Source: Phallusia mammillata | Lineage: Eukaryota | Reading direction: 5' to 3' | Length of the DNA: 64,000 nucleotides | Assembly: GCA_965637545.1 (NCBI GenBank) | Contig: OZ281501.1 | Coordinates: 1,116,001 to 1,180,000 of the forward strand | In this document: in pieces, positions 15,050-26,490 of the stretch | Position numbering within the stretch: the first letter of the stretch is position 1 | How the letters are laid out: each line of letters opens with the position of its first letter | Notes under the pieces: generated by a model | Told to the model about the DNA's origin: nothing | Database searches by the model: none | Seen by the model: the letters and a program-made list of their open reading frames with translations, nothing else | Program-made: the position numbers and the translations under genes

Positions 15050-18000
15050 ATGTTGAAACAACTGTTACTGGTTTTGTGTTTGGGCACCTTGAAAGCTCAA
15101 GGCTTCTTCTATTTCAAAAGTAAGTATTAAAGCTCTGCGTTGGTGTCTGTGTTAAAAATAATTTACAAACCGCTATGTAAGTTTGTTTTAATGCAAAAAA
15201 CGTATATCAGGCTATATCTCACGGTACTTAACCGAGCAGAGTGAAATATATGAATATAAACTACTTGGGATTCCATTAAAACTAACAAGAGTTACCAAAA
15301 TAACTGCTGCTGAATAGGCTTTGCGTTAGTGTTTGCTTTAAAAACGTGTGTAAGTTTGTTTTAAAGCATGCTCTGAATATTACAACAACAAGATAAAAAT
15401 GCCAGTTGAGATAACTACAAACATTCACTAATTGGGATGCCACTAAATAACCCAAAACAGAGTCACTAAAACACTTTTTGCAAAACGCAAATATTAAATG
15501 CTTAACTTGCTTTTAGGCAACTGTGATAAGTGGTGCTTTACGGACACATCTTGTCAAGTACCTGGCAACGACACGTGTACAAGATGTCTCCAAGATGCAT
15601 GTGGTAAGTTTGCAATCACTTTTGTGGCTTCTATCCCTAATTTAAACCAAGAGTTCAAAAACGGGCCGCTAATTTGAATTTTTGGGATAGTGTAAGAGAC
15701 TTTTCTTCACATGTACGTGGTTAAACAAACGCACACTTTCTAGAAACAAGACTAGAAATTCTAGAAGCCTACATTAAAGTGAAAGTACCAGTGATGTACA
15801 AAATTCTAGCACAAAAAAGTTATTTCTGATTACCAACGATCGGCTAAAATATTGTTTTACGCGACAGGAAAAGACTTTAACGATCCTTTCGACTCCTATT
15901 TCGGATACAACTGCATCCAATACGCATCCCGGTCAAGCTGGAAGTAAATGTCTGTCTGATTGAGTTGCCAAAACTTCTTTTTTCTAGCTTTGTTTGCAAC
16001 ATAAAATGTTTAGTCTTGCGAAAAAAGTAAGAAAAAGTTTCTAATGTCTTAAATTGTTGGTTTTTGTCACGTCAGGTGTAAAACCAAAAAAAGTTGCCAC
16101 AAACTAATAACCACATGCTTAGCAAAGCCGATACCAAAACGTTTTTCGTTATTTCAACTATCACAGTGCGCTAGTACTCAACCTTTCTATCCATAGACCC
16201 CTTTCCCTCTTAATATAATCTTAAATTGTAACTGAACTTCAACTGATTGTTTCAGGGGAAACGGTGAATGTTACGAGCAATGTGGATCCCAGTCTTACTG
16301 GACAGCTAGATCCCGCAGTCGCAGTTGCAGAAAGTGCCTCAGATCCTGTATTGGTGAGTGGGATTCAAATAATGGTTGTAAGCAAACATGAAATCGGGTC
16401 TAAACCCCAAACACAGTCCGAAACCCGACCCGAACCCGATTTTATTTTCACAACCTCGAGGCCTGAAGGTTGAGTTGAGTTTATTTTGCTTGGTGAAAAC
16501 ACATGGCGTCACATTTGCACTAAAACAATCACCAAGTCGGAAATAGCTACCCAACGTTGAAGCGTTATGTCACTGGGGCTCACAAGTTGGTTAAATTGCG
16601 GAGAAAATGGGGCCGTGTGTGTAGTTAAACCCGAACCATGGCCCTTTTCATTCAAACTCAATCCCTGCGCCAATCTCACTCTCTGGTGAGCTACCGCCAC
16701 ATAATGCTTTGTAACACGGGTAGCTGCAGCGCGTTTAGTTACGAGCCACCAATTGTGATCTTCATTGTTTTGCGCTCCACAACGTTTTAACATTGCGCAG
16801 CTATTTACAGCTTAGTGATTGTTCAGTGCAATTTTGTCGCTGTGTGTTCTTTCACCAAGCGAAATAAACTCAACTCAACTAATGGTTAATCCAGCCTTCA
16901 CAGTACCTTCCACCTTAGAGTGGAATAGTTGACCTTCACACTGGTTCAAAACCTAACGTGCTAACAAACGCTTGTAATACACCTTTGGGATCTGTGATCA
17001 GGTGAAGCTGAGGACACTGGTACATTCTGCAACGCTGAGGACGAGACGGCAAGACGCAAACGCAGCCACGACCGTTTCGAGCCCGAATACAAATCAGGTC
17101 CCAGCTACTGTAAGGGTTGTGTCAATAACCAAACCTGCCCAACTTTGGAGGAACTGTTCGATTCTGCGCCCAAGTTCTGTCGTGATTATGTGGAGATTTC
17201 TTGTGGCAAGATCCCCGAGCAGTTGATGGGTAAATGTTTTTATTTTTTAGGTATAAGTGTTTTAACCAGTTATAATCGAAACCGGACGCCTTTCCTCGTT
17301 GTACACTAAAACCCTATTTAGGCTTGAAAGTTAGATTTACAAGGTCAAATTACGACGCAATTGTGAGCAAGTGTAAAGTCAGGCCCGAATCAAGCCAATT
17401 AATTTTATTCAAGCTTCAGCCCGTAGCCGACTTAAAGCGCCTGGCTCTGCATTTAACTTTAACGTGGAAATAAATAATTGAACATTACACATTTAATTTA
17501 TTTTTAGTATCCCGTTCAAATGTGTAACAACCTTTGCACAGTTCAAAATCATTCGCAATAAGCGGGAATATTTGAAAGCTTTGCAAAATAAAGGCAGTGC
17601 GCTTGCCCGGTGGACAGTTAAAACTTTTTTGCGTTATCAAAATGGGAATGAACGCAACTATTGACCCAATTGATTTATTGTCAAGAGCAGTAGTAATACT
17701 AATTCAAAAACATCCCTAAAATGACCCACCCGTGTGTATAAATTTGTAAACTATCGTTAGAAAGACGATTTTGTACCAGGCTTCACATTAATGCATACAC
17801 ACGGTTCCCTAATGCGCAGTGACGACACAAAGCTTAATACACAAACCGACAATAGCGTTTCCGATTTATTTCCGTACACATCAGGTGCGCACAATGTGCC
17901 ATTGTATGTGTGTGCGGCACGCTAATGCAGCATAAGGGGAGTTCGAATTCGTGTTTTGCCGGAAATATTTTTTCCGTTCCCACTGATGACAGTTTGGTAA

Positions 18001-21000
18001 CAACACCTGTACTGTACACTGCTGTTGTTGATTTTCTAAATGCCTTAGTGTTATTAGTATAGATTTACCCTATAAGTGAAGCAATTTTTCTTATTTTTAC
18101 CACGACCCCTATAAACAGTGGTGGGATTCAGCCGGTTCGCACCGGTTCTATGGTACCGTCTCACTACATTTTATGAGATCGGCGAACCGGTTAGCATAAC
18201 TGGTTACTGTCAATGAACTTTTTGTAACAGAGCCGACTGAAAAATATGACTTTTGTGATAGAACCAGCTGACAAAAATTTGAATCCCACCACTGCCTATA
18301 CATATATAAAACATAAGTGTAAACTCACTCTAGCTATCAGACATAATTTAAACCTAATACAGCGTTTGAATATGTTCAAACTGCGATCAGCTCTGTACGT
18401 TCCTGTAGACTAGCGATCACGACATATTGCTTGGTGGACCGGTTTGATTCGGTTTTTAAGGATAAAGGAAGACAGATGTCAGATGAGCTATAGTTGGTTT
18501 AGATTTAAAACATGACTAGAAAAAGCAATATTTCCAATACAGTCACCAGAAATGGCGTTGTGCGCATAATATATTATTGCCACAAGTGGCGCCAAAGAGT
18601 CTTTGTCGCTCTAAAACTTAAATGAAGCTGTTGTATCTACATGACTGGAATGCTTGCTCTAAATCAGGGGTGTGCAACCTGCGGGTCAAACGTGGCCTAT
18701 TGGTTAAAGTTTGTGCGGCCCGCAGAGACGCTCAGATTTCAAATATACTGGAAAACAAGTCCAATTATTACGTATTAAATTAACGCGTTTCTTTCGCGTG
18801 TCCCCCTTTCACGAAAGCGTTACACAAAGTGGCTCAATAAAAAACGCGGACACCAAATCAACGACAATTCGCTTTAATGGTATGGTCAATTCCGCTTTTC
18901 TTCTGCGGAAAAACGGAAGTATATAAAGCGTCAATCGCACTACAACACGCAGTATAGTGAACATACCGACAGTTTGGCTACAGGGGTTTTGACATTGATG
19001 GTTTGAAAGGCTCTTGCCCCTATGTGCCGGCGCCCATGCCACGAGGCAAGTTGCAAAATAATTGCAACATGCACGGTAAGCAGGCAATTGACCTCACGCA
19101 ATGGAACACTAACTGTTGCGTCACACGGTTATACGTTTTGCCGGACAAAGTTATATTCACAACTGTTGACAAAAATGACGTAACATTTACGTTCGTTTAT
19201 TAAAATTAAAAATCAATTCGTGTTCGAAGTTCTTAACCATGCAGGTTAAATCGACCTCTAAATTTTAATTTGATATGCTTAGAGGTCAAATACAAGTAGA
19301 CAGTTTTTTTTATGTATGCGGGTTTAGTGTGTGAAACAACTTAAAGTTGTCTTCTGTCAAATTTATCTTCAAAAAAATCGGGAAAACGAGGGATTTTTTC
19401 GGTTATCGTGGGCACCCCATAGTTGTGCAGGATGAATTTTTACTATTTTGTTTCAACAGACGAAGACATGAACACTTGGAATATCAGCTGCATCAGAACT
19501 GCGTGGAGCGATTCTTGCTCTCGTTGCCCAGATTTTAACGAAACTCGATGGGACAACTGCGAAAATTGCTTGGATGCTTGCAAACGTAAGATAAAGAACG
19601 GAAAGCGTAGCTTAGGTTTCGCACATACCTTAAATTCGCAATGATGAATGCTTTCGATCTATATTTCATCCATTTAATATGAGGGTAATGCAAAAAGAAA
19701 ATGGATTCTAAGCAAAGAGGTTTTTGTAGACAAAACATAAACCGTAAAAACATAAAAGAAGCAAATAACCTTATGTATGTTAATTCTCATGAATTAAAAT
19801 ACAGTTGCGGCACAAACTGGGAACAAATACAATACTTTCTACGAGTGGTGGGATTCAAATTTTTTGTCAGCCGGTTCTATCACAAAAGCCATATTTTTCA
19901 GCCGGTTCTGTTACAGAAAGTCCATTGACAGTAACCAGTAATGCAAACCGGTTCGCTGATCTCATAAAATTTTATGAGACGGTTCTACAGAACCGGTGCG
20001 TACCGGCTGAATCCCACCACTGCTTTCTACTAATACTAAGAATTATTCCTAATATATTACCTATGTTGTAACGATTCCAACCTAACTGAAGATGCTTAAT
20101 TGCATAAGCGAAATATATTTGTTTTTTAAACTAAAGCCAAACTGATTTCAACCTTGAAATAAACGTTTCAACCTGTGTGAGACTTTTCACCATGTTATTT
20201 TGTTGTGCAGCCAAGGTGGAATGCGCATTGGAATGCCCAAAAACTGGCCAATACCCGATGACCATCCCTTGTGGCTACTGCTTGGCGCTGTGTGAAGGTA
20301 AATGCGTCGTCTGATTACATTGAACATGTTAGGAAACCAACTTTAGCAACGTGCCTCTATACTTGTTCATTTTTTTGGGTAAACAACACAGAAATTTACT
20401 CGCTGAAACTAGTTACCATGAAAGCAGTTTAGAGAAGCTTTATAACAAAAAATAAACGTTAGTATATTGATTCCAGTTGTGAATTTATGTTCTTCTTAAC
20501 TGTATTACAACAGTTTACAACTTTGTTTCACGACATGAGTCTTTCCGGGACTCGCGCTCTACCCACTGAGCTACACAGGCTCAGTAGTGAAAGTCGAATC
20601 ACAAGCACCGTTGTCTTCCATGTCTGTACGCTGCACATGTCAGTTTCGTTGCACGGGATAGCCAGTTCGACCATTGATTACCTAAAGATGAATACATTTT
20701 TACTGGGAACATGACCCATGCAAGTTTGAATCCCACCACAGGCTTGATTTTTCTAGTCGTTTTGCCTTAATTATCATGTCTGGGAATGCCTAGTAGACCG
20801 GCTGATTCAGTATGATGCCTTTAATGGGTCTGGCTTACTACGGTTCCATTTCGTTGGAAAATTTCCAAAATGCCTTACACTAGTAAAAAAATGTACAAGC
20901 CTAAATTTTGTAAAGAAATATTAAACCTTTTTGCCTTCGCAAAAACATTTGCTTGTTGGAGTGAATTGTTGCTATTACTTTATGTAACCACTGTATTAAC

Positions 21001-21300
21001 CCACTCCAGTGTACACTAATGTTTTTGTCTATTACAGCATCAGGCATAGCAGACTGCAACACAACCTACTGCCAAGCAGAATGTACACGCTGTAATAGTT
21101 GTTACATTGCATGTGAAGCTGGTGAGTGCTTACTCCCTTGTAAAGTTGCATAACTTTAGTTATTTAGTTAAGTCAATGCTCGTCAAACCATACAAACATT
21201 TGCGTTTCTTGCTCTTTAAATGAGTCGATTTTTTGCAGATGACTTTATTGAGAATGAATGCACCTGCATACCAGAAAAGAAGGGTTACTGGTGGTATTGA
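15050..21300 (+). CDS. Secreted Cys-rich protein, copy A (305 aa, 37 Cys in the mature part, furin-type RRKR site); family not recognised
   Basis: Exons 15050-15119, 15517-15603, 15868-15943, 16256-16353, 17002-17229, 19460-19585, 20211-20297, 21038-21121, 21239-21300 total 918 nt in frame, all GT-AG. Signal peptide MLKQLLLVLCLGTLKAQG. Ends ECTCIPEKKGYWWY*. Exon-by-exon homology to B, C, D, E and G. Confidence 0.88.
16469..16879. repeat. ~410-bp element with ~40-bp terminal inverted repeats
   Basis: GTTGAGTTGAGTTTATTTTGCTTGGTGAAAACACA at the left end; TGTGTTCTTTCACCAAGCGAAATAAACTCAACTCAAC at the right end. Confidence 0.75.
18116..18294. mobile_element. hAT MITE (CAGTGGTGGGATTCA family), copy 2, inverted
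   Basis: Same TIRs. TSD CCTATAAA/CCTATACA. Confidence 0.9.
19843..20022. mobile_element. hAT MITE (CAGTGGTGGGATTCA family), copy 3
   Basis: Perfect TSD CTTTCTAC at 19835-19842 and 20023-20030. Absent from the paralogous A' start region. Confidence 0.9.
20527..20746. pseudogene. tRNA-like element split by a local inversion (paralog at ~57690-57910)
   Basis: The minus strand at ~20527-20580 reads GCCTGTGTAGCTCAGTGGGTAGAGCGCGAGTCCCGGAAAGACTCATGTCGTG. The plus strand at ~20725-20746 reads GTTTGAATCCCACCACAGGC. Joined, they give complementary acceptor, D, anticodon and T stems. Confidence 0.6.
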
Positions 21301-22204
21301 ATTGCAATTTCTTAGAACTGCATCGTATGTACCATAACATTCTTGTACACAGAATAATACAACTAATTAAAACCAATTTTACTCGCGTCTTCACGTCAGA
21401 GGCAAGCTTATGGAGCCGCTAACAAACGAAAACAGCTATAAAAAAAGTTCAAATGTATTTTAAAACGAGCAACTTAAGTGATTTGGGTAAATGTTTCAAT
21501 TATGTTGTTGTTTTAAGTCATAAATCAAGTTTTGTTAATTGAAGAAGCGTTTTTAAAATGCCTGGTGAACCTTTTTCGACATAGTATCAGAACCACGGGC
21601 AAACAAGCTGGATTTCTATGGCACAAACAAATAAATAATGCACCATATAGGGAATTACCCGTAAAAAGAAAAAGCGGGCCAAAACAAAAAATGCAGAAAT
21701 TTCTTAGCAGCTATGTTCGGATTATTCATCTGCACATTTTGTTTAATTTATTCATAAAGAAGCGATATAAAAGTTTCATTTCTGTCAAACTTGATTTGAT
21801 TATGAACCTAACTTGATTGGGATGCCATGAAAAAATGGATGTAGTTGTTGTGCATAAAGATTGTGTGCAGTGTGTTTAGCAATAAATACCACCAAGTGTT
21901 GATGTTTGGTTGTGCCTGTGAGACATATTGGTCCTGCACGCCCAAGATCTCGTAGGGAACAGCCATGCTCTGCAGACAGGCAAAAAAGTGTTCTATTTAG
22001 CAGTTCCAACCCAAACGTTTCAGCTAATTCAGATGCGAATATATCATGGTTACATGACTCATGCAAGAAGAAGTACCACTTGGTTCTTATCATCCCTTCA
22101 AGAGGCTGGCAATAAAGTGACAACAATATCCCATTTTTAAAAATATACACCAGTGACTGGGACGTCCAATAAGTTTAAAATCACTGCCTTTGAACACCTT
22201 AAAA

Positions 22205-22953
22205 CAGTGGTTCTCAAACTGTGGTACGCGTACCACTAGTGGTACGCCAGAACTTTTCAGGTGGTACGCGAGTACTTTCTGTGTTACCTAATTTGAGTCC
22301 GATCTAAAATTGGAACTCAAATGACCTAACTGATTAGCCCTGGTTTGGGCTAAATTCGTGTTTTGGACATTCTTTTAAAATTGCTAAATAGGCTGGCCAA
22401 GTTGAGAAAACAGGCCTGTTTCTTGGTCTATCCATCCAAACAGGGTTTGGGTAACTGGTTCCCAACCTGAAGTCAGTGCGATGGTTTCAGGGGGTCCATG
22501 AAGGCAAATACGTGTAGTATCATTGACCAACAGCAAAACATTTTTAGTTTCTCAACCGTTTTTACAATCCTAATACAAGTGCAAACTGGTTATCACACCT
22601 TAATCGGGCCAAGAACAATTACGTTTTATGATTGTTTTCCCTATAGTTACATCATAACACACATAAACAATAAAGTTTTTGGGGCAAGCGTTGTGTCAAG
22701 TTACATGCACCAGAAAATTTATCGATTTGTTTTGTTGAACCTTCATTGAAATTAAAGGACTGTAAAAGTGAATTAAAATGATTTATTAAAGGCATAATAA
22801 CGCATAATGCAAGAAACATAAACAGATTTTTTTTAGGTTGGGGGTCCGCAGACATTTTTTAAAAGGGCCCGCAAAAAAAGGTTTCGAACCTCTGGTTTAG
22901 GTGGTATGCAACGATAGAAAAGTTGTCAGGTGGTACGCGTTTGAGAACCACTG
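22205..22953. mobile_element. hAT MITE with further MITE fragments nested inside
   Basis: CAGTGGTTCTCAAAC ... TTTGAGAACCACTG. Perfect TSD CCTTAAAA. The internal ~22455-22897 resembles the 32350 element. Confidence 0.85.
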
Positions 22954-23329
22954 CCTTAAAAGAACAAAAAAACTGTCACTTTAAACTGATTTGATTGTAT
23001 TCTTTGTAAGCTGTTTTTTGTTCTGTTTTGTATTGTTATTCCCAAAACATGAATTTGTAGCATCAAATATTAAATATATTTAATTGCAATTTTCCCAGAC
23101 TTCACATCTTTTTAGAAACTGTTTTTATCCTGCATGCACCATAAATTTGCAAGCAAATGACACATGGGTTGCTACTGGATAAAAGTGCTTCAACCAGAAA
23201 ATTAGTGTTTATTTTTACCAACAATTAAACATGTGTACTTGATTTGCCAAAAAGCAAAGCTTCGGAACAGGCTTGTTTTGATCTACACTGTAGATTCTAC
23301 AGTGACACCCCAAATGAATTAGGTGTTTA

Positions 23330-23660
23330 CTTCAATGCATCTGTTCTTGTTGATTGCAACATTGCTGGTTGATTAAATGCAAAAGAAACAATGCAGGGCT
23401 CTGCACAACACACAAAGGGTGAAAAGAGGATGTTGATTGCTTATCAGAAATGTGATTAATACATTTTCGAAGAAAAAGGCCTGGTAACAGCAACAGAACA
23501 AACCACACAAACATGTGAGAATAATTCATCTTCCGCTTCATCCTGGCAAGAGAAAAAAGGTAAAGCTCTAACCTCACGCCATGTACTGAGGTAACAAAGG
23601 TGCAGGATTGCATAATGGTTGGCTGCCTGTGCAATGTGTCTTTCTGTGATTGGTTCCTTT
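23330..23660. repeat. Conserved ~350-bp non-coding block upstream of array genes (copies ~28955-29290, ~35815-36200, ~48300-48700, ~60870-61210)
   Basis: Shared GATTGCTTATCAGAAATGTGATTAATACATTT...AACATGTGAGAATAAGTCATCTTCCGCT in all copies. Confidence 0.8.
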
Positions 23661-24515
23661 TTTATCATGTGACACTGTGGATTAATTTGAGGTCATAGAC
23701 CTTTTTATGTTGATACTTCAACAATAAATTGCAAAAGTTTACGACACAAAATACAACTATCATTAACTGGCCGATATGCCTTGATGCTCATTACAAAAAT
23801 TGTATGCTTGTTTATGTTTATCGTATGTTCCCTGGCATTATTTTTACAAAATATAAGGTTATTTGTTTGGCCCACCTCTTAAAAACCTCTGTTTGACCCA
23901 CCTTTTAAAACCTGTTCAGGTCTTTTTATCTGGCTTTTTATAAAGCTGTTGACTCTGCCTGAGCCAATTTGTCTTTTATGCCAAATTTGTCTTATTTTAA
24001 CTCCAGGAAGGAGGCATCAGTCACACTTTCAAACCCACATAATGAATCATACGGGGTTGGGAAATTTAGATAGAGAAGAGAGTTTAAGAAATAAAAATGT
24101 GGCTGGGTTTAATGTCATGGGTGTTTGTTTGCATAATGTAGGGCCTCTTGCTCAGCTTAACCTCTGAGAGAAGGATGTTTGTGCAACCATACAATTTCCA
24201 GTAACAATGATGTGGTAATGTAACAAGAACCTGCAACATTATTGAAACAATTACACAAAGAACAATAGATAAGTCAGCATCCTCTTTTGGAGCGTGGAGC
24301 TGTTTTTCACAACCTCCTCCACAAGGTTGCAAAAAAAAGAAAGATGATATAAAAGGAGGAAACAGTTTACTGGGTTTACCATTGTTTAGGTGGTGTCATT
24401 GCTGTGACAATGTAACTGAAAAAATTTTGCTTGCCAAAGTGTTAAATTACTTTAAACAGCATAAAGGGTTTGTTAAACTATTTCATTTTTTCAGGTGAAA
24501 TCAAACAATCACACA

Positions 24516-26490
24516 ATAAAGTTTGCATTTGTGTTTTTTATGTTGGTCATTATTCTACAAAGTGAAATTGCAAATTGTTAGTAAATGTTTTGTTTTTGTA
24601 ATTTACATTATTCAGCTTCATTTTTTGTTACAGCTTGCTCAAAATGGTGTTTTCACAAGAAGCGATGTTACCCACCAGTTGACGATGATTGCTCAATGTG
24701 TCTCAAAAACTTTTGTGGTATGTTACTAAATGTCGACAGTTTGCTTCTCACTTTAAACTTATTTTTGTTTATAACAGGAGAAGAGTTTGAGCATTCATTC
24801 GAGACAAACTTTGGAAATAAGTGCATATTCAGAGCGATGAAAGATAAGAACAAATGCAAAAATCGATGTGCAAAAATGACGAACAAACAACTGAAACGAA
24901 AGAGGGATGCCTGTGATGACTGCCTTGACATGTGCATTTGTGGGTTTTTTATTATTTTTTGTTAAACATTTATAACAACCCAATTTCTAAAGTGCACAAA
25001 TAAATGCACTAAGTATGCCCCTTGAACTTGAATAGTTGCGAAATTCTTTTTATCATAATTCGTCAGAAAAAATAGGACACATTTAAACAGATCTTACCAA
25101 AATTTTTTTATTTTAGCTGAGGCCAAAGACAATCCCGAAAATTATTGTAATGGCCATGTTCCACACAAAAACATGTCAGAAGATGCTTCTTCTCCCAAGC
25201 CAACCAATCCCATCAAAATGGCATTCAAGAAAAAGAAGAATGGTGATCGTGGTGATGATGAACATGGAATTGTGCATGGTTGCGACATATGCTATAATGA
25301 TACATATTGCCCTACTCTTGAAGAATTTTATGAAAATATTTCTATAGATTGCCTTGGATATATTGCGCTGAAATGTGAACGTAAGTATAAATGTGTTTGT
25401 TATGTTTACTTGTTTGCAATGTAAAGCATGCATAAAGCGTTTAGTGTTTTTCATGTCATTATTTCAAACTTAGAAAATGCATCTGCACTTCCTCATTTAT
25501 GAACTGCCAAACATCTTTTGGGCATTGTTACAAAACTTTAACTTTTTTCAGTTCTTGCTGACTATAATCAAACGGAGGAGGAATACTTGGCATGTCTTAT
25601 TATAAATTGGGCTGATATTTGCTCAGGATGCCCTCTTGATTGGTTGGAAAGGTTAGCGGCTTGTGGTGATTGTCTACTGACTTGCGAAGGTATATGTCAA
25701 GCAAACTTGTTTTTTGTTGTTGATACTTATGACATCATTAATTACTTAAAGAAACCATCTTGAAAATAGATGACAGCTGAGTTAAGATCTTAAACTCATT
25801 ATTGTATAACTTTGGTTTTAATAACAGTTAACACAGGTTTTACTATAGTAAACATTTTACATTGCAGAGAAGATTGAGTGTGCAAAAAATTGTACCCATA
25901 AACAAGCATGTTATCCAAAGGGCTTGCGATGTGATAAATGTGCAGCCATGTGTAGAGGTTAGTAATATATTACTGGTGTAATTGTCCAATCACTTTTGCA
26001 TCACAAAAACCAATCAATGTACCAGAATAAAAACTTGCTTTTAATATGAACATCAGTAAATTTAAAGGTTATCTTAACTATCTTCAATAGCATTTATCAT
26101 ACCACATGTCTAATTAAAGTCTTGCCAAACTCACTCATGTTTTACGATTTTTGGGGAAAAACAAAATAATGTTGTGTTTTTTATTGCTCTGCAGCTTTGG
26201 GAGGTGATTATGATAGCTGTATAGAAAACAGATGTCCTGAATGTATAACATGCAATGAATGTTATGTTCAATGTGAAGCCGGTGAGTAACATGAATCAAT
26301 TTCCATTTCTAGAATGACAGATAATCACAAAAAGAATTATGAAAATTTAAGTTGTATCCCTAAATAATTCTGCTAACTGTAAAACTGGTAGCCTCTGTAG
26401 TAAACCTGTAGTAATAGTATCTTGTCTTTTTCAGAAAAATATACAAATAATCGCTGTGGCTGCTTTGATGGCTATTATTATCCATGGTGA
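24516..26490 (+). CDS. Secreted Cys-rich protein, copy B (38 Cys); start codon uncertain (ATA at 24516 or ATG at 24540)
   Basis: Exons ~24495-24576, 24634-24717, 24778-24939, 25117-25380, 25552-25689, 25868-25957, 26195-26281, 26435-26490, all phase-1 GT-AG and in frame. Includes SCSKWCFHKKRC. Ends RCGCFDGYYYPW*. Confidence 0.82.

Noticed and set aside
18665-19260. hAT element starting CAGGGGTGTGCAACC
   Set aside because: No matching right TIR or TSD found; probably a truncated remnant
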